Assembly: GCF_006345805.1 (NCBI RefSeq)
Contig: NC_043018.1
Coordinates: 18,662,001-18,726,000 of the forward strand
DNA: 64,000 nt
Origin: Octopus sinensis
Lineage: Eukaryota
Direction: 5' to 3'
Shown: piece by piece, positions 1-12,567 of the stretch
Layout of the letters: every line of letters begins with the position of its first letter
How positions within the stretch are numbered: the stretch's first letter is position 1
Made by a program: the position numbers and the translations under genes
The notes under the pieces: model-generated
Told to the model about the DNA's origin: nothing
Database searches by the model: none
What the model saw: only the letters and a program-made list of their open reading frames with translations

Positions 1-32
1 GGTTTCGGCTGGGTTTGTATTGAAAGGGATAA

Positions 33-262
33 ATTAAGCCTTTGGTTGCCATATTTCTGTTGAGACGCTCTGTGTTTCTTTCAATTATTTCAAATATAAC
101 AAAGAATTTAGTAAAATAATTTAGTTATCATTAAGCTCGTGTCAGGAACATAAATTGTTACTAAGGTTTGGTGGAAGATTTTAATTCAAAACTTATGAAA
201 ACAAGACATTTGTACTATAGAGTCAGAGGTGGTTTCAGGAGGGTTGATATCGAAAGGACTAA
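33..262. mobile_element. Degenerate piggyBac-like MITE
   Basis: Left end ttaagcctttggttgcc and right end gatatcgaaaggactaaa resemble decayed TTAA-CCCTTT...AAAGGG-TTAA termini. Bases 1-32 look like the right end of another copy. Confidence 0.4.
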
Positions 263-603
263 AAGAGTTTGCACAGACTCTGTAGTTTTTGCATGGGGTA
301 AAGCATCTCTAATGCTTATTTTTCCTTTCATATTCTCCATATATTTCATGAAAAGTATGAAATATTTACATATGAAATATATAAATATATAAACAGATAG
401 ATAAATATTTGAAATGTGAGATATTACTTTTTCTTTTATGGCACAGCAATGTATCGCATTTTCCTATTTTTTAAAAATAAAATTGATTCATTCTGATGTG
501 ACAACAACCATCACCTCTAATATTCAATTCTGTTGACTTTTATATCTCGATAGCTAGCTGCAAGTAATGTGGAATAAAATATCAATTTTAAAGCAATACT
601 CAC

Positions 604-681
604 CAGCAATATCTCATATCTCGGATGATATCTTTGATGCAGTCAGTTAAGATTGATACATTCTCGAATTTCATTCCACGG
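604..681 (-). CDS. INPP5F: Next downstream internal exon of INPP5F/Sac2
   Basis: ccttttcAG|c cgt gga atg aaa ttc gag aat...tat tgc tg|GTGAGT gives (C)RGMKFENVSILTDCIKDIIRDMRYC(W); recalled human sequence is RGMKFENVQTLTDAIYDIILDMKWCW. 78 nt, phase 2 in, which completes the TG|C Cys codon from the 35659 exon. Confidence 0.95.
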
Positions 682-1187
682 CTGAAAAGGGTAAGATTTT
701 TTTTTTTTAAATACAGAATATTATCAAAAGTTAACATCTGTGTGTGAATGTATGTGTATGCCAGTGTGTTTGTGTGTGTGAATTTATATACATTTGCAGA
801 GACTCATATATGTAATTTAGAGAGATATAATCGTTGATTAAATGATATTATCTATGTGATTGGAAAACAAAATCTCCCTCTAAATGTGTTTAAAATCAAA
901 AAGCAAAAATAACAAAGGAGGCAATTATAAAATTATTAGATAATACAATTTTTGTTTTGAAAATGCAAACAATGGTGTTAGGAGTCAATGCTGCTTTGAA
1001 AGTCAACTGGTGAAAGCAACAGACATGTTTCAGTCTTGTTAGATCTCAACAGTGAAGCATATTCACATTGAGAGTATATTTCTACTCTGACTCAAGGCAT
1101 CTGATGAGTGAGTTGTTGAATCAAGTCTATAAAACTTCAAGTAATGAGAGGGTGGATCAACTTGTTAATAAATACATATACAAGCAG

Positions 1188-1239
<52 letters not shown>

Positions 1240-1300
1240 GTAGTAGTAACAGAAAAGAGGAATTTCGGTTGTCCCCACATGGTGGATTGTAATGTATATA

Positions 1301-1544
1301 AGAAAAATAAAAATGGAAAATATGCACACTTACATGGTTATAGTATAATTTTTAATGTATCGACCGTTTCGCAATCGCTATTCATGATACGTTTAATTTA
1401 TATGAAAATATATTTTTTCATATAAATATATTTTTTCATATAAATTAAACATTGTATCATGAATAGCGATTGCGAAACCGGTCGATACATTAAAAATTAT
1501 ACTATAACCATGTAAGTGTGCGTATTTTCCGTTTTTATTTTTCT
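1301..1544. repeat. Fold-back inverted repeat, ~110-bp arms
   Basis: 1301-1408 is the reverse complement of 1433-1544 apart from 2 substitutions and 2 small indels. An 18-bp tandem duplication (tatattttttcatataaa) spans the centre. Confidence 0.9.
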
Positions 1545-1594
<50 letters not shown>

Positions 1595-2352
1595 TGTCAC
1601 TTGTTTCAGTCATAATTGGTAATTACTCAGTTGAAGAATTTTATGTCAAAAGAATTGAGCCCAGTATTTATTTTTTATTTTATTTTATTTATTTATTCAT
1701 TTATTTATTTTTGTTAAGCCTGATACATATTTTTAAAATTTCTGGATGCTGCTGTCCTACGAAGATTTCCTATCTTGTCGTTAAAAGCATGAAATGGGTC
1801 CGTAAAACAATCAACAACTGATGATCGAGTTATCTGCTTTTGGTATTTGGTCCTGTACTTGTCTCTCGTGTGTTTATGCTTTTTTCACTCATTGGTGATG
1901 CCCTGTACTTAATGTGTATTTTTCATTTCTATACATATATATATATATATATATATATAATAATTATTTGAGGGAATATAAATCCAAACTTACAGGGAAA
2001 AAATACTAAATATACATTAAGTCATTAAATTATATATATATACACTACACTTTAACATAAGATACATGATATAGAATATATACAGAATATAAAGATAAAA
2101 TCTATATAAATTTATCAAATAGCCAGCATGGAAAATCAATTAAGAAACAAAATTAATACAAAGTATATAATTTTTTCCCAAATATGAAATACATTATTAT
2201 AGCAAGGGCTGTTACTATAAGTAACACCTCAGGCTGTAAAGGGACTCTAAAATCAAACTACTTCAATATATATAATATACATCTATATATATATATATAC
2301 ACACACACACAAACTACACTTTGATGTTTTGGATATGTGAATATATATGTGT

Positions 2353-2386
<34 letters not shown>

Positions 2387-2514
2387 GTAAATATAATATG
2401 TGACAATTATTCGGTAGCCATGATAAAACTCTGAGTTTTGGATGTCGGGGCAGAAACCCACACTGGCATCTCTTCAGTTATCATGCCATCGAAAAAAAAT
2501 CACCCTATATATAT

Positions 2515-2690
2515 ATCATCATCATCATCATCATTTAACGTCCGCTTTCCATGCTAGCATGGGTTGGACGGTTCAACTGGGGTCTGGGGAGCTCGAAGGC
2601 TGCACCAGGCCAGTCAGATCTGGCAGTGTTTCTACAGCTGGATGCCCTTCCTAACGCCAACCACTCCGAGAGTGTAGTGGGTGATTTTAT
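2515..2690 (-). mobile_element. 3' fragment of the RTE-tail retroposon family (family C)
   Basis: Reverse complement of the ...ggttggcgttaggaagggcatccagctgtag...catgctagcatggaaagcggacgttaaatgatgatg end seen at 15020, 20660, 28995 and 39820. Confidence 0.75.
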
Positions 2691-2699
2691 ATATTAATC

Positions 2700-2900
2700 C
2701 AAACATGAACAAAGAGAAAATGCAACAATGCGAATACGTGGAATAAGTACAGTGCTATAGGACACTCAGGAAATGAAAGAAAGAAAGAGGATTTCATGTT
2801 TCAAACAGAGCACTTTGTCAGAAATATAGAAAAAAAGAAAAAGTCCAAAGAAGGGAAGACGGAGAAAGAAAATCACCAACGAGACACACACGGTCACATA
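2700..2900 (-). mobile_element. Penelope-like terminal-repeat relic (related copy at 42030-42230)
   Basis: Shares ggacactcagga...aagaaggga...acggag...ggtcacat with 42030-42230 and carries a degenerate hammerhead-like layout. The Penelope assignment is inference. Confidence 0.4.
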
Positions 2901-2910
2901 TTGATATATA

Positions 2911-3286
2911 CAGAGTGATTCAAAAGTCTCCATACATACGAAAAATTCATTTCTTTTTATAAGAAACGGTTTATAAGATCCCCTAAATTTCCTGATCTGA
3001 CCCCTCTTGATTTCCATCTTTGGGGGGCATTTGAAATGCATGGTGTATTGCAGAAAGATAAAAGACCTAAATAATTTAAAGGAATGCATCACCAACTACT
3101 TTGCACACGTATCACCAGGTGTGCTATTACGAGTTCACAATGAGTGGGGTCAAACATATTGCAATGTGTATTCAAAACAAGGGTAACCATATAGAGCCTG
3201 TTAAATAAAAAAAAATGTGCTCTTATAAACTGTTTCTTATAAAAAGATAAATTGTTCCTATGTACGGTCACTTTTCAATCACCCTG
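2911..3286 (+). mobile_element. Non-autonomous Tc1/mariner deletion derivative
   Basis: ~70-bp imperfect TIRs (cagagtgattcaaaagt...tttataaga / tcttataaac...cttttcaatcaccctg) with TA on both sides. Internal frameshifted transposase remnant PDLTPLDFHLWG-HLKCMVY, resembling the SPDLxPxDFxLWGxLK motif. Confidence 0.85.
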
Positions 3287-3977
3287 TATATACACTTTAT
3301 TAAAACCGAAAAAATCTTCACAAACTTACTCGGAGTTTCATGTGACCATTTATACAAACACATACACACACATTTTCCAGGTCAGAAAAGTGGAAGGATT
3401 TTGATGGATTATTATTTAAATTATTGCTCTGACATGCACTCACCAATATAAAAGCTCAAAGGCTTATACAAGAGAGAGTTTCCCTTGGAGAAATGTGCCT
3501 GCAATGACGATATCTTACGACAAACACATTTGGCACAAACTGTTTTGGTGCATGTCCTCTGGCACTCAGCTGCATTCAGCTACATTCATTGTGGTTTACA
3601 TCCTGACTGCAACCAGGGCAAATTGCATTACAATAAAGAAGGCCATAATTTTGCAGGAAAATTAATTATGTCTTGTGTATTTGCTGTTAATCTTTCAAAC
3701 TCTATTCTATTAACATTTGATGCACCTGATTAGTTAATAAGCACACTTTGCTTGCATTAATTAGGGAATTTAATTAAAATATTTGGTGGATCCAACTTCA
3801 ATAATGACATCACCATATTGAATGCATTTTGGTGTTTAGCCAGGGCGTTTAAAATCAGAATTATTCACAAAAGAAGGAAACAATTAGTAAAAAATAATAA
3901 TTGGATTTGTGGAATGATTAAATTCCAAAATAATTTCTGATATTTAAAACATGGAAATTCAAAAACATTTTTCTATG

Positions 3978-4372
3978 TGGCCGTGTGGTAAGAAGCTTGC
4001 TTCCCAACTGCACACTTCTGGATTCAGTCTCACTGCATGACACCTTGGGCAAGTGTCTTCTACTATACCTTAGAGCAGGACAAAACCTTGTGAGTGGATT
4101 TGGTAGACGGAAACCAAAAGAAGCCTGTTCTATATGTGTGTGTCTGTGTAATAGTGTGTCTGTCTTTGTCCCCCACCAGCCCCACTGCTTGCCAACAAAT
4201 GTTGGTGTGTTTATGTCCCTGTAACTTCGTGGTTCAGTAAAAGAGTCTGAAATTAAGTACAAAGCCTTGAAAAATTAAATACAGAGTTCAATTTATTTAA
4301 TTAGAAAAATTCTCCACTGCAATGCCCCAGAATGGAGTCAGTCTAATGACTGGAAGGAGTAAGAAATGAAAT
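3978..4372 (+). mobile_element. tRNA-head SINE, family B (diverged)
   Basis: gtgtggtaagaagcttgcttcc...ccttgggcaagtgtcttctactata...gtggatttggtagacggaaac shared with many copies in the window. Confidence 0.75.
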
Positions 4373-5803
4373 TAAAAAGGTAGAAAGGTGGGATGCCTTA
4401 CTGCAGAACCAAACCATATTTTGTACACAAGGCAGCTTCTTAGTGGAGTTCTTAGTTCAGTCATCAGATAGATCACTTTGTGCTAAATATTTCAGCTCTT
4501 TACATTCTGAGATCAAATCCTAGCATGGACAAATTTTTCTCTTATTATTCTGGCACTCAATAATTAAAGTACCAGACTTATACTGGGGTCACTTAGTCTT
4601 CTACACTTTCTTTCTTTCTGTCTTTTTGTCACTTTGAGGAAGACATCGGATGTGGTCACATCTGGAGAGTGATTGCCTACCCAAGGTCTAAAAATACCCA
4701 AGAAAAACCTTATGTCACACCAGCACACCTGTGGCCCCCAATATAGAGTCATGGGTCTATGGCAAGATGAGGCACACACACACATGTACACACATTACAC
4801 ATTGATATCCCCTTCCTCCGCCTCAGTCCATTCACATCCCCTCCCCTCCACCTCACACTCATCCAATCCAATCTCTGCTTCCATTTAACTTATATATAGA
4901 CACTGCTCCATAACTGGAGTGTACCCATCCCCATCACATCTTTACCACCTTTCTCTTCAGCTTAGATAGCCTTGTATCTCCTCTACTGAAAGACACCTAT
5001 TTCTGCCCCTGCCCTAATATTCTAACCCCTCATCACCCAGTAGAAAGCTACCTCCCTTAATATTACTCCCCCACCCCCGACACAGTTGAGGGTGGAAGTG
5101 GGGGGTCTTGTTTTGCAATTTACTTGGTGACCTCACCGTTGCTGGTGCCACATAAGATGCACCCCACCACCCACCATTAAACCCCTTGTAAAATGGTAGG
5201 CATCAAGAAGGTCATTCATTTGTAGAAACCATGCCACAGCAGACAGAAGAGCTTGATGCATTCTTCTAACTTTCCAGCTCCTGTCAACCCATCCAGTTCA
5301 CTCCAGAATAGAAGAGAGACATCAAACGATGATGACAATGATGATGGTCATGATTATGATGATGATGAACATATCAGCTGAATTGTCATGGTTGGGATGG
5401 CTCTGGGTTATTTAAGTTAATGAAATGCGAGTAATATTTGAAGGCTTGCAAAGAAAATGCATATTGCTGCTACAAATAATATACACATTGTGACTGAAAT
5501 AATAAATTTATGTAGAATTGCAATGGCTTTCATTCAAAAAAATAGACTACCAATTGTACTTTTTATGTCCCTACAGATACCAACCATTATTTGCCTAGTA
5601 TGTGTGTATATATATATATATATAAAGAGAGAGAGAGAGAGAGAGGGAGAGAAAGAATGGTAGACATAAATATATATATTCAGACATACATACTTACATA
5701 AAATATGTGCCCACACCTTTCACATGTGTGAGTGTATGTGTGCGTGTCTGTATGTTTATATGCACATATATATGTGCATGTGTGTGTGTATGTAAGTATA
5801 TAT

Positions 5804-5862
<59 letters not shown>

Positions 5863-7139
5863 ACACACACACATATATATTGATAAAAATGACACACACA
5901 GTAACTTATATTAATCTCTTTTTCTTTGTGTGTGGGTGTGTATACACACACACACATGCACATACACTCACACACACACACATGCACATACACTCACACA
6001 CACACAGAAAGAGAGAGAAATTATTATAAGAAATTCTCAATTGAATAATAATCCACTGTCTACAATTCTTCTCAACAAGAAACGACAGACTAATTTCATA
6101 GTTATAGATTAATTTGAGAAAATAAAATAATATTATAGCACATCTGATTCAATATTTATTGTTCATTGGTAAATTAGGCATGAGGGACTGGGATATAACA
6201 GTTACTTTCCAGGGGAAATAATTCTTCCTAACATAAATTTTATTTAACTAATAATATAAGGCACTAAATACAACAAAAAAAAAAAGCAGAACAAAAACCA
6301 ATGAAAATGATTGCTTTGAATGTTGCGATGTGATTTAGTTATATATGTGACAAAACTGACAAGGAAATTCGATGGAACACTTAAAATACTTCCATTTTTC
6401 TACTTAATAAGAATATATATATTTTTAGACATAGTACGAGATAGTTTGGACATAATAACTCAAAGAGATTATTCTTATCTGACACCCAAAATAATCACAA
6501 TTTTGATTTAGCTGCAGCACAAGCAATGCTAATCCAGACAGAGCTATGCCTGGATATTAGTCAATTATGTCAGAAAATGGAATCTTCAATTGTCAAAACC
6601 ACACGTTTTCTTTAAACATTTTAAAAGCCTCAATTAATTTCGAGTAAAGCCACACGTAGACACATATTGAAATGGTTTGCTTTATGTTATGAAATCTATG
6701 TTGCATAACAAGTAAATGCATTACATATGCCACATAATGGTGTTATTACATAACAATTATTTACCAAATGCAGGAACAAGAAAAAGGTAGAAACACCAAT
6801 GAAATACCTTTGTTTCTTTAATGTCAACTTTGGAGGTGGAAGACCTTGCTATACCTAATGATTTTACATAAGTAGAGGTGTGGGTATGACTACCTGGTTA
6901 AGAAGTTGCTTTCCAATGGTATGGTTCTGAGTTCAGTCCCATTGCACACCATCTTTAACAAGTGTCTTCTCCAGTAGCCACAGACTGACTAAAACCTCGT
7001 GAGTGGATTTGGTCGGTGGAAACTGCAAGAAGCTCATTATACAGACTGGTAACTCAAGCTGGCTGTGGGCAAGTGTGCCACCATGCATTTTGGGAGGAAA
7101 AACTCAGTATTCACATACTCTCTCCAAAACACTAATATC

Positions 7140-7875
7140 AAGAAGTCTTCTGGGCATTATTGTCAGCAGCGATTTGCACTGGACAAAACACATCTCTAAA
7201 ATTGTCAAGAAGGCTGAGGGTGTCTTGACATCACTCAGTAAAACCTTTGTCAGCAGCTCTCCAACTATTTATTTAAGGTTGTATATGGCTATGTTTCGGC
7301 CACACTTGGAATTTGCATCACCAGTCTGGAACCCCTATCTTGCTTAGGACATTGACCTCCTGGAAACTGTTCAGAGACGTTCAACCAAGTGAATACCCTC
7401 CATCAAGCATCTACCATATTCTGAACGCCTTGCTTCCCTGGGCATAGATACATTGAAGCTCCAACATCTGGCAACTGACTTAGTAAACACCCAGAAAATT
7501 ATTAACCATCGTACCAACAACCACTTTGAGCACCTTTTAGAGCTCCATGTGTCTAACACATGTGGGCATGCCTACAAAGTCAGAAAACAACACAGCTCCC
7601 ATGACTTTCAGAAACATTTTTTCATACTCAGAGTTGCTGAAGGATGGAACAAACTACCTGCATCAGTTGTTAGTTGCCGAGACATTGCATCCTTTAAAAA
7701 TTTGCCAAAACTACACCTGATATTCCTCACTCCATACACATGCACACATGTAAATCATGACATATACATTCTTCATTTTCCTAACTTTTGTACATAATTC
7801 TATGCACTGTATGATCACATTTCATGAGTTGTAGTGCACCTGGGCATTATACACAATAATTTCATTATTATTATC
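7140..7875 (+). mobile_element. CR1/L2-clade LINE, 3' RT fragment (decayed)
   Basis: LGIIVSSDLHWTKHISKIVKKA...RPHLEFASPVWNPYLA*DIDLLETVQRR...RVAEGWNKLPASVV with internal stops, ending in an (ATT)n-like tail. Confidence 0.88.
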
Positions 7876-8740
7876 ATTATATATATATGTGTGTGCATGC
7901 ATGTATATACCATTGTATGTATGTACATATGTGCATGTGTGTGTGGGGGGGTGTTCTTGTGTTGACACTGCATAATTGCAATGACATTCATTGCAAATGA
8001 ATGTCATTCTTACACAAACAACATCAGTCGTTTCCAATCTACCATAAAAACATGTCACACCATGGAGAAATATTACCTTCACTTGCAACCAAGTGAAGGT
8101 TAGTGACAGGAAGAGCATCATCCACAGAAAATCTGACTCAATAAACGCTGCCCGGCCCATACAAATATGGAAAAAATAGACATAAAACAATGACAATAAT
8201 GATGACAATGATGATGATGATGATGATGATGAGGCAGAGGAGGAGGAGGAGATGATGATGACAATGATGGTTTTACTCAATGTTTGCTGAAGTGCTGAAC
8301 ACCATTCCATTATGTACAAAGTTTGTGAATATTTAAAACAGACGACATCATAAGCATACCCCCCCACTCCCAACATCTAGTCACTGCCAGGAAAGCTTTG
8401 AGACCAAAGACAATCAACAACAGCATCTTAGACGAGCAATATTCTTCAAAAATGTTTAATTTCTTATATATTATTTCTGATTTTATTCTACACAGAGAAA
8501 GATCAATGGCAGAAAGATCAATGGCGATGAAATATTAATAAAGCATTGGAAAATTGTTCTGTTGTATTTAATAAAATTGATTCCAATCCTGCAGGATTTA
8601 ACTTTGCCATTCATCCTTCTGGGATCAATAAAAAAGCTAAGAGGCATATACTGGGGTTAATAGAATTGTTTATATTCCATCCCCAAAATATGAGGGACCC
8701 TGGGTTTATTTTTTACAGTTCCGTCTTCCAATTTGTACTG

Positions 8741-8975
8741 TTAACCATTTAGCATTTGGGTTACTCTGCCAAATGTAATGCTTATTTATTCACATCATTT
8801 TGAATTAATCAAATTAATCAGGCATTACCTGGTAGCTCCAAGACTTGGATAATGTGACTGAATATTCTTAGAATGACATTATAGGGTAAGTGTAAGAAGC
8901 CAAATCTGGTCAGCTTGAACATAAAACAGGCAGAATATTTGGACCAAATATGGTCAGTCTAAATTTAAAAGGTTG
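8741..8975 (-). mobile_element. Degenerate copy of the ~220-bp piggyBac-like MITE
   Basis: Reverse-strand similarity to 22086-22306 and 50696-50915 (ttaaccatttagcatt...gaacataaaacaggcagaatatttgg). Confidence 0.5.
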
Positions 8976-10493
8976 CAGAAATTATAATGATGGTTTCGAT
9001 ATTTTGTCCCCAGGCCAGCAATTTTAGGAGGAAGGAGTTTGTCAGTTGCACCTGTCGACTCCCGAAAGGATGAAAGGCAGAGTCAACCTTGGTGGAATTT
9101 GAACTCAGAATGGAAAGAGTCAGATGTCCAGCATGTTATAAGTTCTTCTAGATTGTCACCTGAATAATAATAATAATCCCTAGGTGGACCTGTGAAAAAT
9201 TCTTGAAAAACATTAAAAATGTAAGCATCTGAAAACAGTGTACTGGCACCATGGGAAATGTTCCTATATTATGATCGTCTGTCTTTACATTCTGAGTTCA
9301 AATTCTGCCGAGGTCGACTTTACCTTTTGTCCTTTGAACCTCAATAAATTAAGTACCAGTTGTGTACTGGGGTTGATCTAATCAACTGGCCCCCTCCCCA
9401 CAAAAATTTCAGGCCTAGAAAAGTATATTGTGACAGTTACAGAATACAGAAAGTAATGTAACACCAATGACTATATAATCCAACCAAAATATCTCAGTTA
9501 CACAAACGTAAATGGAATTACTATTTAACCTTAAAATACATCGTACATATTCAAAGAACATTCTTGTTTCAGTCATTTGACGGTGGCCATGCTGGAGCAC
9601 AACCCTTTAGTCGAAGAAATTGACCCCTGGACTTATTTCCTGAAAGCTTGGTGCTTCTTCTATCAGTCTCTTCTGCTGAACAGCTAAATTACAGAGATGA
9701 AAACACACCAACATCGGTTGTCAAGCAATGGTGGTGGTGGTGGGACACACACACACACACATACACACACACATATATATGATGGACTTGGAGGTGGTGG
9801 TGAATCTGGCTGGTGCGATTTTGTGGTTTGCTGGTATACAGAGAGAGATCCAGCGCATAATCATATACATACATACACACACATACACAAACACATACCT
9901 AGAGAGAGAGAGGCAGACAGACAGTAAGTGTCAGAGAGTCAATGACGAAGTTTTCACCTTTCTCTCTCTTTCTCTCTCTCCTTACCTTTTTTTTTTTTGT
10001 CACTGTCTGGAATTGTTTTGTCTTCCAAAGTGAAACTGACATCCAATATTTGCCGTGTGAAATTATCTACTCTCTCGCTCTCTCTCTCTCTCACTCTCTC
10101 TTTCTCTTTCACTTCCTTTGTGTCCCTCTTCTCTCCCACTTTTGATTTAACAATGTGTATATCTATGTATCTACTTCTCTTGTGATGAACTCCTTCACCA
10201 CTTACTGTCTTTTTCATTCTCTCTCTTTCTCACTCACTTTTTCTCTCTCACTCACTCTCTTTCTCTCTTTTAATTTAATTTAATTTAAATCTTTCTCTGA
10301 AACATTTAAAAAGACAAAACAAAAATGACTAGGTTTATTCTTTGAATCCAGAAAATTGTTCAACCCAGATGTGCTACCGGCCCTCAACAAAGCATAAGGG
10401 CTGTTCATGGAGATGGGATCATTGGTACACATACACACCCTACAGCTAACAAACAACTATGGCCATGCTGGGGCACTGCCTTGAAGAATTTCA

Positions 10494-10860
10494 GCTTGCT
10501 TACCAACCACATGGTTCAGGGTTCAGTCCCACTGCGTGGCATCTTGGGCAAGTGTCTTCTACTATAGCCTCGGGCCGACCAAAGCCTTGTGAGTGGATTT
10601 GGTAGACGGAAACTGGAAGAAGCCCGTCGTATATATGTATATATATATATGCGTGTCTGTGTTTGTCCCCCTAGCATTGCTTGACAACCGATGCTGGTGT
10701 GTTTATGTCCCCGTTACTTAGCGGTTCGGCAATAGAGACCGATAGAATAAGTACTGGGCTTACAAAAGAATAAGACCTGGGTCGAGTTTCTCGATTAAAG
10801 GCGATGCTCCAGCATGGCCGCAGTCAAATGACTGAAACTAGTAAAAAAAAAAAGAGAAAG
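10494..10860 (+). mobile_element. tRNA-head SINE, family B
   Basis: accaaccacatggttcagggttcagtcccactgcgtggc head, (TA/TG) middle, 3' gctccagcatggccgcagtcaaatgactgaaac tail. Confidence 0.85.
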
Positions 10861-11212
10861 AGATAAATCAACTTATCCTATCAGTCTTTTATTCTTTCAG
10901 TCTCTTTTGCCAAACCTCTAAGTTACAGGAACATAAACACACCAACACCAGTTGTCAAGCACTGGTAGGGGACAAATACAAAAACAAAAACACATATGTC
11001 CCCCCTCCCTACGCACACATATATACGATGGGCTTCTTTCTATTTCCCTCAACCATATCCACTCATATTGCCTTGGTCGGCCCAAGGCTATGGTAGAACA
11101 CATTTGCTCAAGGAGCTATGCAGTGGGATTGAACCCAGAACCATGTGGTTGAGAAGCAAACTTCTTACCACACAGCCAAGCCTGTGATCTACAAGTACAC
11201 ATTCTTTTAAAT

Positions 11213-11230
<18 letters not shown>

Positions 11231-11244
<14 letters not shown>

Positions 11245-11423
11245 TCATTTCCGAGTTGCATGGTTAAGAAGTTCACTTCACAACCACAAGGCTTCAGGTT
11301 CAGTCCTGCTGAGTGGCACCTCAGTCAATTGTTGTCTACCATAGCCTTGGGGTAACCAAAGCCTCGAGCATAAATTTATTTGACAGAAACAGAAAGAAGC
11401 CCATCATGTGTGTGTGTATGTGT

Positions 11424-11455
<32 letters not shown>

Positions 11456-11990
11456 TCCTTCTCTTCACATAGCAACATTGACTGTTAGCAAAGCCAATGT
11501 CCTTTGTTTACAATCTTTCATGTAAGACGTGTGGTCATTGATCCATTGACGTTCGAAGGACAAGGTGAAATAGTGCTGTACTTGGAGATGGATGATGGCT
11601 GACAACAGGAAAAGCCTCCAGCTGCAGAAAAATCTCCATCAATAAACTCTGACTGATGCAAGCATGGAAAAGTAGAGATTACAACGATAATGCCAATAGT
11701 GATGGTGTGTGTGAGAGCTTGTGAATAAGCATATGTACACACACAACACACACACACATACACACAACACACACACACACACACACACACACCACACACA
11801 CATATACACACTCATTTCCGAGTTGCATGGTTAAGAAGTTCACTTCACAACCACAAGGCTTCAGGTTCAGTCCTGCTGAGTGGCACCTCAGTCAATTGTT
11901 GTCTACCATAGCCTTGGGGTAACCAAAGCCTCGAGCATAAATTTATTTGACAGAAACAGAAAGAAGCCCATCATGTGTGTGTGTATGTGT

Positions 11991-12022
<32 letters not shown>

Positions 12023-12335
12023 TCCTTCTCTTCACATAGCAACATTGACTGTTAGCAAAGCCAATGTCCTTTGTTTACAATCTTTCATGTAAGGACGTGT
12101 GGTCATTGATCCATTGACGTTCGAAGGACAAGGTGAAATAGTGCTGTACTTGGAGATGGATGATGGCTGACAACAGGAAAAGCCTCCAGCTGCAGAAAAA
12201 TCTCCATCAATAAACTCTGACTGATGCAAGCATGGAAAAGTAGAGATTACAACGATAATGCCAATAGTGATGGTGTGTGTGAGAGCTTGTGAATAAGCAT
12301 ATGTACACACACACACACACACACATAAACACACA

Positions 12336-12365
<30 letters not shown>
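11231..12365. repeat. 567-bp tandem duplication bounded by (CA)n
   Basis: Identical ORFs at 11313 and 11880 (offset 567). The copies differ mainly in microsatellite length and one G indel. Confidence 0.9.
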
Positions 12366-12367
<2 letters not shown>

Positions 12368-12482
12368 TAAAAACGCACGTGTATATGTGTGCATTCAAGT
12401 CCAATTCAAAAATTATGCATTCCTTACTAACAAACTAAAAAAATTTCTTTTAAATAATTCTATTTGTTCTTCTTCGCTACAG

Positions 12483-12567
12483 TATGTACCGTTTCTTTGG
12501 TAAAGATTATTCTGTCACTGAAGAAGCTGAAAGTAAATTTAAGAATAAGATACAACATACCAATTAC
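12483..12567 (+). CDS. Candidate antisense exon of an unidentified nested gene (xMYRFFGKDYSVTEEAESKFKNKIQHTNY)
   Basis: TACTAAC at 12425-12431, no AG before ttcttcttcgctacAG, 85-nt open segment, donor GTGAGT at 12568. No homology recognised and no partner exon identified. Confidence 0.4.

Noticed and set aside
1101-1107. CTGATGA hammerhead or C-box motif (also at 1818-1824)
   Set aside because: No downstream stem II plus GAAA, and no D box with terminal stem.
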